Below, in pieces: positions 27,001-39,000 of a stretch of DNA of 64,000 bases. The translations under genes and the position numbers were made by a program. Below the pieces are notes generated by a model, which was not told the DNA's origin, ran no database searches, and saw nothing but the letters and a program-made list of their open reading frames with translations. This DNA comes from Saccostrea echinata (taxonomy: Eukaryota), in contig NW_026889805.1 in the NCBI RefSeq assembly GCF_033153115.1, positions 21,018,001-21,082,000 on the forward strand, given 5' to 3'. Each line of letters begins with the position of its first letter. Position 1 is the stretch's first letter.

Positions 27001-30000
27001 TGATGACATCAATACAGCTGATCTGAGTGAGCTGACTCTAGCTGTGAAAAACTGCAAGGTAGGATAGATACTCTGTATAAATATTCTCATACAGTTTTTC
27101 CATAGATCTTTCCATGAAATGAATACGAAAAGTTTTCAGTAGAGAGCAGTGTGTTTCAACATGAATTGTTTATCATCAGGAAAAGTTACACTTTTTTTGA
27201 TGCAGGTTGTGGTGTGTTGTGTCTCCGATCAGTTTGAACAGGACGAGAAGTGCCGTGACATGTTCCTGTACTGTAAGGAACAACTCTTCAAAAAGACCGC
27301 AATAGCCGTCATCAGGGACAGTATGGAATGGAAAAACACGGAAATGGGAATGAAGATTGGACAACCGGTAAGAGTCACATGATTCAGGCAGGTCTTTAAT
27401 TTACATCAAATTTTGTAGACCATTATTGCAGACTTTTCCGTTCCTCTTTTGGGCTTCTTTATAAAACTTGTGCTAGTGGAATTCATAATTTATCACAGTA
27501 CGTACAAAGAATAGTATAGCAATGTGTGATACCCACCTAAACATTAATTTAAAATACATGTTTACGATCAGTGTAAAGACAGAGAACATTAATTGTGCTA
27601 GCTATTATTTTGTGCTAGCTATTCTATTGTGCTATTGTACTTGCTAATCTATTGTGCTAGGTATTCTATTGTGCTACTGTACTAGCTATTCTATTGTGCT
27701 AGCTATTCCATATTCTGCAGGTGCTGAATTTTGAATATGCTACTAAATAAGCACACATGTGCCCTGTATCTGTTCAACTAACAACTAAAACTTCATAGAA
27801 TTACCTGTAGCATCACCATAATTGAAAATGTTTTTGATTTATTTACCCTATCTGTTGGTAGTTTTATTGTAATCTTTTTTTCTCCACAGAAAATGTGCAT
27901 GATCAGGACTCCCGATAGATACACAGCTAAAATTAATGATCTAAAAGACATTGTGGAGGATCACATGGCTGGACTGGAAATGGTATGTAAATATTGGAAA
28001 TTTATGAAAACTGTGTATTGTCTACCTTAAAATGGAGTCTTTATTTCCAAACATGATGTCAAGTAACTTGCACAGTCATAGTAAATTGTAGAGCTTAGAA
28101 GACAATTTTTGCATAATCAAAATTGACACTGTACTTTGTTATTCTGGAACACATTTGATCTCTAATTCAGATGAAGACAGATAACCCGGATGTTTTCATT
28201 AGCTACTGCTGGCAGAATTCCCAGGATGCTGTAAACCAGGGCACCCAAGCCAGACATGGAGCCCTGGGATACGGAGACCCCCGGAAAATCAAGGAATTCC
28301 TGGAGAAGAAAGGACTGTCCTGCTGGTTGGATATAGAGCAGATGGGGAAAGTAGGTTTCAAACTTTAAAGGCTCAGAAGCAATTGTCTCCATCTTTGATT
28401 TAAGAGGTGAAAAATAGACTTTCAGCTGATACACACAAATGAAGTTTAAACTACTAGTAATAAAACCTTTTTTCTCTGTAACTTAAATCGATTAAGTTAA
28501 GAAATACCAGTACATGTCCTTTTTAAACCCAATCTGGTTTCTATCATATTTATTCTATGTTTCAGTATGGACTTTATCAGGAGATTGCCATTGGTCTACA
28601 GAATTGTAAAGTCATTGTGGCCTGTGTGTCAGATGAGGTTTGTTAGGTTACTTTATAACTATGTAAGGAGATATTTGACTCCTTTATTTCACTCTATATA
28701 TGGTTACCCCTTGTTTTACAGTTCTCTAATGTTAAATTTTTTATACAGTATGTTGAGTCAGATGCCTGTATGATGGAGTTGAGATTTGCTGTCTGTAACA
28801 TGAACCTTCCCTTAATTGTGGCAGTGGTTGGGACAGGTGACAAATGGAAAAAATCTGAGGTAAACAAACTTAGATTGTTGAAGTAAACAAAAAATGAAGT
28901 ACTCTAATCTTAGTAGGGTTATTACTCAATACAGATTATAGTGTGCTTGCAACTTCCCCTATTTATGAATAAATATTGATGACTTATTTCTGTATTTAAA
29001 TTAAAAGTGAAATGTGTTTTAGGAATGTTTATGATTTTACCATTATTTAACATCCTTTCAAGGAAACAAGCATTAGTAATGTCTTGTAGGTAAATGTGGA
29101 CATTTTTAACATCTCTTTTTAAATGAATGTTGACCAGACTGTGTAATTCAATGAAATCTCTTACTGTTAAACTGTGTACCTATACAGGTAAGCCTCTTAA
29201 TGAGAAGGTCAGAAAAAGGATCATGTAAAGTGTACATGCAGAAAGAGAACCCAGAAGGATTTGAAGTCCTCTACAAATTTGTGGTGGATTCTCTGCCAAC
29301 TGCCACAGATGAAGCTCTAGCAGAGGAGAAGAGAAAGAAGGATGCCAAAAAGAAGAAAAAACAGGAATCAAATGAAAAGAAAGTAAAGAATGAGAGGCAC
29401 TCTTATCAGGTAAGAATCTTAAAGGCTTCTCTGATTGGTGGCTCACATTGCTAAAGTATCCAATAATCATGTAACAGCTTTTATTATTGACACTAGTATT
29501 GGTGTGTCAGATCACAAATAGCCAATGAGAAGCACTCTTATTAGGTAATTATATTTGAATGCTGTTATGATTGGTGACCATCACAAACCTCTACCCAATC
29601 AACAAATAACAATTGGGAAATACTCAAATGTTTCATCATTGATTAGCAATACAAGCATTCTTGGAGTGATGAAATTCTATAAAACATAAAATCCTTTGTT
29701 GTATATTTGGTGCCTTTTGGATAAACTCTCATACAATAGTTAGGTGTGAGTAGAGTCAATTTTTAAAATTGTAGGAGGAATATGAACTGATTCAAAGAAA
29801 GTTCATGAGACATCTCATCACCATGACAAAGCAGCTTGACCTTCATCTGTTGCCACGGTTACTGGTTTTTGATTTTGTCAGATCAGGTAAATAATTGTAG
29901 TTTTGAAAATACCAGTAGTTGTTAGGGATATTGAAATTTTTTCTGCCAGTTGAAGAATGAATTGCAATCTTAAAGTAAATTTTTTTTGGTTAGTGATCCA

Positions 30001-33000
30001 CTTGAAAAAAGACTCACTCAGATGTTTTTCAAAAATATTTATAAAAGCACAACAAAACAAAAGAACATCAATAAAAGTAAAAAGAAAAAAAGGAGGGCAA
30101 ATACAAATAACAACAAAACAACACAAAGAATAAAGCTTTATATCAATTGTTTGAGATTCTCTGTTTTCAGTCAATAAACCAAAAGCACAAGAATCCCAAC
30201 AAAGCATGGATAGACCCAAAACTGCAAGCAAGAACTTGTTGTCCAGAGCTAGCAATCTCAATAAAGATAGAGTAAAGGTAAATTCAAGGACTTGTCGGTA
30301 TTTCTACATGGAATTTATATTTAAAAAATCTGGGAGACTTCTTAACTTTATAGTTTCTGTATACTACTGTGACCTTATGGGTATTGTTCCTGTAACCTAC
30401 AGTGACCTCTGTAACCTACTGTGACCTTTAGGATATTGTTTCTATAACCTAGTGTGAATTTTAGGGTATAGTTTCTGTAACCTGCTGAGACCTTCAGGAT
30501 TTTAGAAATATTTCAATTGATAATCAGAAATCCTATACTCGTAATATATGTTATTCTATTCTGTAGGCAGAGTTATTATATTCTTATCTATTTTTAGGCT
30601 ATACATGTCATGCTATTATGATCTATATTTTGGTTATGTCATGCTATTCTAATCTATTTTTGGGCTGTTATTTATTCTAATCTATTTTAGGTAATTCCAT
30701 TGTAATCTATTTTTAGGCTGTACTATTAGCTGACCTACAAGGAGATGATGATGAGGAATGGCAGTCTGAGGATTTCTGTGTCAAACTCTTGTGTGAGCAT
30801 GAGGAGGTATGCAGTCATCTGATTATTTCTATACATACTGTAACAATCCAGATTAAAATGATCTGCAAATTAATACATGGAGCAAGCTCTCTGTCTCTAT
30901 CACAAAATACATGTATTTTGTGAATTTATGCCTGCAATTTAGAACACAAAGATGGAATCAATATATTTTAAACATGGTGTGTGGTAAGTGTTTAATTACA
31001 TGTATATATAATTACTCAACTTTTATAAAATTTTACCATTTTTATTTTTTTTTTTATTTAGTTGCATGCAAAAGTAGCTGGAAAACCTGTTTCAGACAGC
31101 ATGTAAATTATGGTAGTACTTGATATCTATTTTTTTTTCCAGGGATGGCACTTGGTCCCCAAGCCTCTCAGTTTGTTCACAAACACAGCAGAGGAGATTA
31201 TAGATACCATTACAGAAGCTGCTCCATTCTTGGCCAGGTTCTATGCCATCTTAAAACAGAGCTCTGTCAAGCTGAAGTGTCTTAATGGGCAACTTGGAGA
31301 GAGTTTCATGAATTTCCTGGACCAAGTTAGTAATGTTTCAAAGTGATCTAAAATTTTGTGGAAGGGGGGGGGGGGGCATCAAATTTTTAAGAATGAGTGA
31401 TGACAGCATGCTGTTTAGGTCTTTGACAAATCTTTATATTTGAGGTGCATTGGCTCCAAATTCAGTGTTAATGTTAATCACAGGTAAATGAGTCAACAAA
31501 AGTTCTTACCAAAGTAACTATTATAACTACCATGTCTGGTATATTTTCTCACTGATGGCTGTCTTCTATTACTGAATTCAAATTTTCAGACAATGCAAAG
31601 CAAGATAAGTAAATCTGATGTGTTTATTTTTTGTCACCAATAGTCACCTTCTGCAAGGCATTTTCTTTCACCAAAACAGAAAATCACAAATTGTAAATTG
31701 TTCCAGTTATATCCCTAACAGAATTCTTTGTTGGTTTTGTTAGCTCTACTGGTCAGAGACCAGAAGAGCATATGCGATAGTAAGTTGTCCATCATCCGTT
31801 CGTCTGTCTGTCTGTCTGTAAACAATTTTTCAAAATGCTACTCCTCCTACAGTTTTGGTCTGATTTCAGTATAACTTGGCACACAAGTACACTACACTAA
31901 GATTCTTTGTGTATCAGTTTTTATTTCGATGAATGATGTTGCCATGGTTACTAAAAATAGAAATTTCTGTGAAATACTTCCAAAATGCTACTCCTCCTAC
32001 AGTTTTGGTCTGATTTCAATATAAATTGGCACACAAGTACACTAAACTAAGATACATAATTCTGTATATCGATTTTTGATTTCAGTGAACGATGTTGCCA
32101 TGGTTATTAAAAATAGAAATTTCTGTGAAATACTTTTAAAATGCTACTCCTCCTACAGTTTTGGTCTGGTTTCAATATAAATTGGCACACAAGTAGACTA
32201 CAAGTAGACTACACTAAGATACATAATTCTGTGTATTGGTTTTTGACTTCGATAAATGGTGTTGCCATGGTTACTAAAAATAGAAATTTCTGTGAAATAC
32301 TTTAAAACAGCAACTTCTCCTACAGATTTGGTCTGATTTCAATATAAATTGGCTCATAAGTAGACTACACAAAGGTACATAATTCTGTGTATCGGTTTTT
32401 TGATTTCGATGAACGGTGTTGCCATGGTTACTAAGAATAGAAATTTCTGTGAAATACTCTCAGAACTCTACTCCTCCTAGTTTTGGTCTGATTTCAATAT
32501 AACTTGGCACACAAGTAGATTACACTGAGATACATAATTCTCTATGTCCATTTTTTGACTTTGGTGAAGTGTTGCCATGGTTACAAAAAAGCTGAAATTT
32601 CTTTGACATACTTTCAAAACATTACTTGTCACCCACGTGGCGCAGTGGTAGAACTTTGCTCTAGAGACGCAGAGTAAGGAATTGATCCTTACATCGCGGG
32701 TTCAAATCCCACTGTGGACCACAAGGAGACTGGTCCTTCGGATGAGACTGTATAAACCAAGGTCCCATGTCGCAGTAGGTGCTGGCATGAAAAAGATCTC
32801 TTACTGTTCCATGGCCCTGAGTACCGAGCATACGTCAAAATTTGCATCTCTCCACTGGCAAGTTGTGTGTCTCCATATGAGTGAAAAATTCTTGAGAGGG
32901 ACGTTAAACAACAAACAAACAAAATATTACTTCACCTACAGTTTGGTCTGGTTTTAATATAACATGGTATGCAAGTAGACTACACTGAGATACATAATAG

Positions 33001-36000
33001 TTTTTATTTTTTTTTTATTTTGATGAATGATATTGCCATGGTAACTAGAATCAAAATTTCTCTAAAATTCTTTTCAAAGGCTACTATTTCTACAGTTTTA
33101 GTCTGATTGCAATTCATCTTGCAACAAAAAGAGAGTAAAACAAGGATTATTATTTATTTATTGCTGTTGCAAAGTTTCAAATCTAAGTGCTACTTTTCTC
33201 TTCCTTTGTTATAAGTACAAACCAGTAGAGCTACAGCCTCGACAGAGACTTCTGGTTATTTTCACATTGTTTTATAATGATTATGCCCCAAAGATAGAGG
33301 ATTATGAGCTTCTTTATTTTGATCTGACTGTTCATCTAAGATCGGTTACAAATACGTTTCATCACAAGTATTTTATAAAGACTTCTTATTTGGTCATTAT
33401 TGTGTGTCTTTGGGTCATTTCAATGTCAAACATAACATTCAAGGAAAAAAAAAAAAATTTGATCTTAGAAATTTTCTGTTGCATGGCACATTGTGTTAAA
33501 CAAAACCATTGATTTCCTTTCAGAAAAGTCTGGTAAATATTAAGAAACTGACAAATTGCTGTTGAGGTAACACTAATTAACTAGGGATTTTTTTGGCTTG
33601 TAGCTGCAGTGTATGCTTAATATTTTGTATTTATATACAGTGTTACATTGTTTAATATTCATTGACAGAATAACTGTGTTTGAGACTGAGTCTAGTCTCC
33701 TGTTTTATATTAGAGTATTCATTGTTTTCTTGCTCATTTAATTGCATTTAAGCAATATCATATCAGTTTTTTATCTTCCATCTTTTTACAATGATGATAT
33801 ATTCATGCATGCACTAGATCCTGTAAAATACCTTAGGTAGTCAGCTCCGCAATTACTTTAGATAATTATTTTTGCTAGTCACAGGCAAATATATAAGATG
33901 CCATTTCTCATTGTCTTTCATTTGTTCATCAAAATTTATAGTTGAAAGATGTAGTTATAATATGTGTGTTTATATGTGTATGTGGTTACAAATAAAGGCA
34001 ACTCAAATAATTTAAACTAAGAAGGACCAAAAAAAGTTAAAGCACTTACGGTAATTTATGATTATAAACATGTATGACATGTATGACATCATATTAAAAG
34101 TGTGACACCAATGCAAAGTTGTAAAAACTTTTCTCCCTACAATCAGATGTGAAATTTTTCAATGAATGATCCAGTGTATCTTTTGACTTGAGTAGCTTTT
34201 AACTATGGTGCCGTCCAAGTTTTCTTTGCTCCTTAATACCGGAATGAATAATCAACTGACACCAGACTGAAGCCTCCAATTAGTCAAGGAAGACAATGGG
34301 AGGATTTTGTATCTATACACCCAAAAGCCGGTACATCGAATTACCGAAATGCCCTTGATTTACCGAAATACCCATAGAAATTACCGAAATGCCCCTGGAA
34401 ACTACCGAAATGCCCCTAAAAAATATAAATATGTGGGATAATATGAAAGATTATGTGTTCAATATGTATAATTTATCATGAAAAGAAAAATTAAAAAATA
34501 TTTAAATGTTGTTTTTATATTTTTTATACAATACTTATGATCATTTAAGGAAGATAACTCTGTAACCAGTAGTTGATCTCTATTTCATCAGAATTTTACG
34601 ATACTTACTTCTGTAAGTTTAGAAGTTTTGTTAGTAAATTTATTTCAAGGGAATAAAATGTTTGCAATTTATTTATTTATTCTGTCAATTTCATACCGAT
34701 CGTCGATGAACCCCGATGAAGAAGAAAGCAGGGACCTATATAAATTATACTATTATATACTGAGATCCCTGAAGAAAGAACATTTTATGACTGACACTAA
34801 GCAAATTCAAAAAATAATTTTTCTACACTGACGGTTTAGTTTTATCCTAAAGTAATCGATGTCATTTTGTGGCCAGCGCACATTTGAACAACAAGCTTCG
34901 GATATTTAAAATCATTTTACGAAAGAGGGTAGCCGTGGTTTTTTTTTTTTTCCTCAGAAAGAATTTATAGTTGTGTAGCATTATTTTGTTGCTGTTGTTT
35001 TAAATATCATTGAAAAAAAATATTCTGAATGTGGACCCTTTTCTAGCTTAAGAATATCGGATACTCAGAAAAAATGTGACAAAATTTTATCGAACAGTTC
35101 TTAAACATTATTTATCACGAAGTTATTCTGTGCTGTTTTTTTCATTTATTTTATTTTATTTATTTATTTTTCTTTTTTCCCACCAATTCTATACTTTATA
35201 TTGAAATCAAACATGAAAAAATTGAAATCCCTCAAAAATTTCCATATATATGTTTTCCCAGACTGTTTCACGTGGAGGTACCGCCATGCATTAACGATGT
35301 CCCGCAACGCTTCCTACTAAGAATAAATCATAAATGGTGGTATAATATTTTTATTACATACTATCTGCGATAGATTTAAATTAATTTATTCTCTAACAAC
35401 TCAAGTAACTAGAATCCTTGCATGTTTGTGTTGCACACCTGCGGAGAAATCGGGTGCAAATTTACGGCACGTGGTATATGATGCAATAGCTGTCAATTTT
35501 ATGCATTATTGTAATTTATTAACAATTCAGCTTTCACTTTTAGCTAATGACTTTTTTCACAAGAAAAAATACCTTTAGGACAAACGGTGTGCGAATTTTC
35601 AAAACTCTACGGGTCGTACTTTTAGAAAGAGTATATAAATTGTCAAACAAATACAATATTTATTATGTTCAATATATAACTTACATACTTTCGGGTGCAA
35701 TATTTTAGTAAAATTAACATGCCCAATAAAAATTATTTATTCTGCGAACTTTGTCTGTAGAAGCACATGTACTTTATATACAATGACAAAAATTAAGATT
35801 GATACAAAGCATCAAATCGACCGCAAAAAATTACATGTATTTCCGTGCACAAGAAAAATGATTTTTTTTAAAAATGCAGAAAATCTTTACTAGTTAATGT
35901 TTTGATGATCTCAGAAAATAAGGACGTAAACTCTCTCTTTCATGACTTATGCCCTAAATCTTTCTTACGTGCTAATCCAGGATGATTTCTGTAGATTTTG

Positions 36001-39000
36001 CTGCAAAATGAGGTGAAAGTGTAAGAAAAAAAAAAAAAGAATTACCGTTGTGTCATTGGCATTTAAAGCATTTTGAAAGCAATCTCAACTCAGAAGAAAA
36101 AAAGGACAAATTAAGGATATACAACATGAATTAAAAAATAATAACTTCAAATATATACTTTAGCACCATAATTTTATCAGGGATATTTCAGTGCATTTTG
36201 GAAAAAAAAATTATCCACAAATATGGTATCGTTAACAATTTACAACAAATTCTATTTATATGTACCTGCGGATGAGCTGCGGTCCTAATTAAGGCAGTGT
36301 TGCGGAATTAAGTTATAATATTTTTAATTATTGAAATAAACATGAAATTGACATATTTTCGTTTTCTGTTGTTATGTATAAAAACAAATACTAGTATAGA
36401 CGTTTGAAATCTGGAACGAATTTAGCATTGTTTTCGGGGAAAATTCTTATAACGGAAGTTATTCGTTACGGGAGTTAATTTCAACAATAAAAATTGTAAT
36501 ACATCAACTTTGTTTTAAGATGTGAAATAGATGTATTAATTGTTTCGTCTTGAAATTTGTGAATGAGAAAATCGACATGAAGATTTGCAGTGGAATACAT
36601 GTACGATTTACGAATGTTCTTGTTGTAACCCAAAATACATATATGGTTAAATATATTATATACAAAATTTCATGCTTATGTTGAGAATGAGAGTTGAAAT
36701 CGATCTTTTTAATAAGGATGTTATAATAGTAAACTTGTCAGCGACAAAAAATTGTTATTCGGTCAAGTTTGGAAATGCTTTATATATGAAGATCAAACTT
36801 TCGATTTTTTTCAAGAGTGGTGGAATGAAATTGTCAGTATTGTTTGTCGTCATTGTATAATTATTACGAATTGTTTGGTCAAATAACAATACAAATTATT
36901 AATCTTTACAAAAAAATTAATAAATTAAAGTAAATAAATTCGTGAAACACACACAAAAAGAAAACTTGGAATCAATAACAATATTGCAAGAGTTATTGTT
37001 CTTTGAAATCGAGCAAAATAAACACCGTTTTTGTACTTATGTTAAAATTACGGCATATTTTGAATAAAAATTTAACATATTTTACAATAAAATGTATTCA
37101 AGAACATAATTAAAGGGGCATTTCGGTAGTTTTCAGGGGCATTTCGGTAATTTGTGGGGGCATTTCGGTAAATCGGGGGCATTTCGGTAATTCGGGTTAC
37201 CCATCCAAAGCTTATCTATATTTTTTACTCCTACTGTAAACTTGTACATCCTCTATACCAGCATGCATTGAATGGATCCTTCATCTTTATCACTTTTTAA
37301 GGAAAGATTGACTATATTTCACATTGCATAAAAAGTATTAAATCTAGGTATTGTTGTGCAAACTATCTTCACTAAATAGAAATATTTTGTGATTTTTTAA
37401 GCTGTTAGGAGCTGGTAGTTAAAACAACTTAAACTTAGATTTTTTTGTTGCACAGTAAACAATTTAAATGATTGTATTTTTTTCACAAAGGCAAAAGCAG
37501 TGTGTTCACCAAGAGCAGTATTATGCTCCATAGATTTTTTTTTTAAATTTCATTTGATTCTACCATCCACACTGAACAAAGCTTTCAGTTATTAATTAAA
37601 CACATAATGACAGTAATGTAATAAAGTAATGGATTGAACTATGTCCTCATTCCCATTTCATAAAAATTTCCTCAAAAATGGTCAAATTTGTAAGATATAT
37701 TGATTTTAAAAAAAATGTATTTTAGTTTAGGCATAACATCTAGTCCAAAATTCAAGTACCATAAAACACTTTTATAGTGAAGTGCCTGTGACGAACAGTT
37801 TTGATTTGTTATGAATATCAATTGTTAAATAAGTTCATGATACATTGAACTTTGTTATCTCCAGCTTCAATGTCTTGAATTCCTTGAATTCTATATCCAA
37901 GTGAATAAGTCCCATGCACTTTTTCTTTATGTATTTTAACCTTAATATCTTTAATCATTGGATATCTCAAAATTATTTTTTCTCAGTCCCATCAGGTTTG
38001 AGATAACAAGGTTTGACTGTATTTTACATGCAAAACTATAGGGAATGACAGTCTGCTTTAAATGTGAATTCATTATAAGCGTGCTGGTGGAATTCATGTT
38101 TTACTTTATAAATTGGTGGAAGTTTTGATTATAATATTATATTTTCTGGATCAATAGCTGTGGCCATTATAAATTATTAGTCAAATACACTCAAATGCAC
38201 TAGTTATTTATACAATTCAATTGCATTTTACAAGCTTTCTCCAAAATGTGACCTCATGGCAGAAACATTTTATATAGGCGATTAAACAGTCTATACTTTT
38301 TACTGTTTAAATTTGAGAGGTCTTATGATTGGTATTTAGATAATTTGTTTGAGCATAGCTTTTTTTTTGTATCTTGCTATTTTCCTTTTTTAGGAGGGAA
38401 AGTCTACTTCTAATTTCCTTAAGGCTTACATGGCTGTCCATAAACTGGTGGCTTCTCATGTTGAAAATGAAGAGTTTATCAGACAGCTTGACAGGCAAGT
38501 ATACAACTTCTTACAGGAAATATTGAAAAAAAAAAGGAAAACAATTCAGCAAATATATTCTTTGTTCAGCGATTGACCTGCTCGCATTGACTGCCCAAGA
38601 AATATATGTCTGTCCTCCCATCACTAGAATCACCTTTGAAATTAATGACACAAAACTTCAAAATTTAGTGAGAGATTCCAACATTTATTATGGCGCCACG
38701 TCTCTAAAACAATTACTCATGATCAGTACTGACCCAGTCCTTAAAATCACTCACTAAATGAATTCAGAGAGAAAGACTCCAGTAATACTTTCTAATTGGC
38801 TGTGATTGATGTAATTTTATGATAGAGATCCAGGGATCTTTCTTTTTTTTTTGGTGGTATATTGATTTGTTGGGGGTTTTTTTCCAGATGCCATTTACCC
38901 AGTGGAAAAGTGGCATGGCTGTGTGAAAAACACTCCAAAGGAAACAGAATTACCAAGTTAGGGGTAGGTTCCATTAGTGTGCACGGTCAGGGACAAACCA

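Noticed and set aside
32628-32720. Functional tRNA gene
   Set aside because: It is the head of a SINE with core, tail and TSD; no clean cloverleaf or adjacent terminator.
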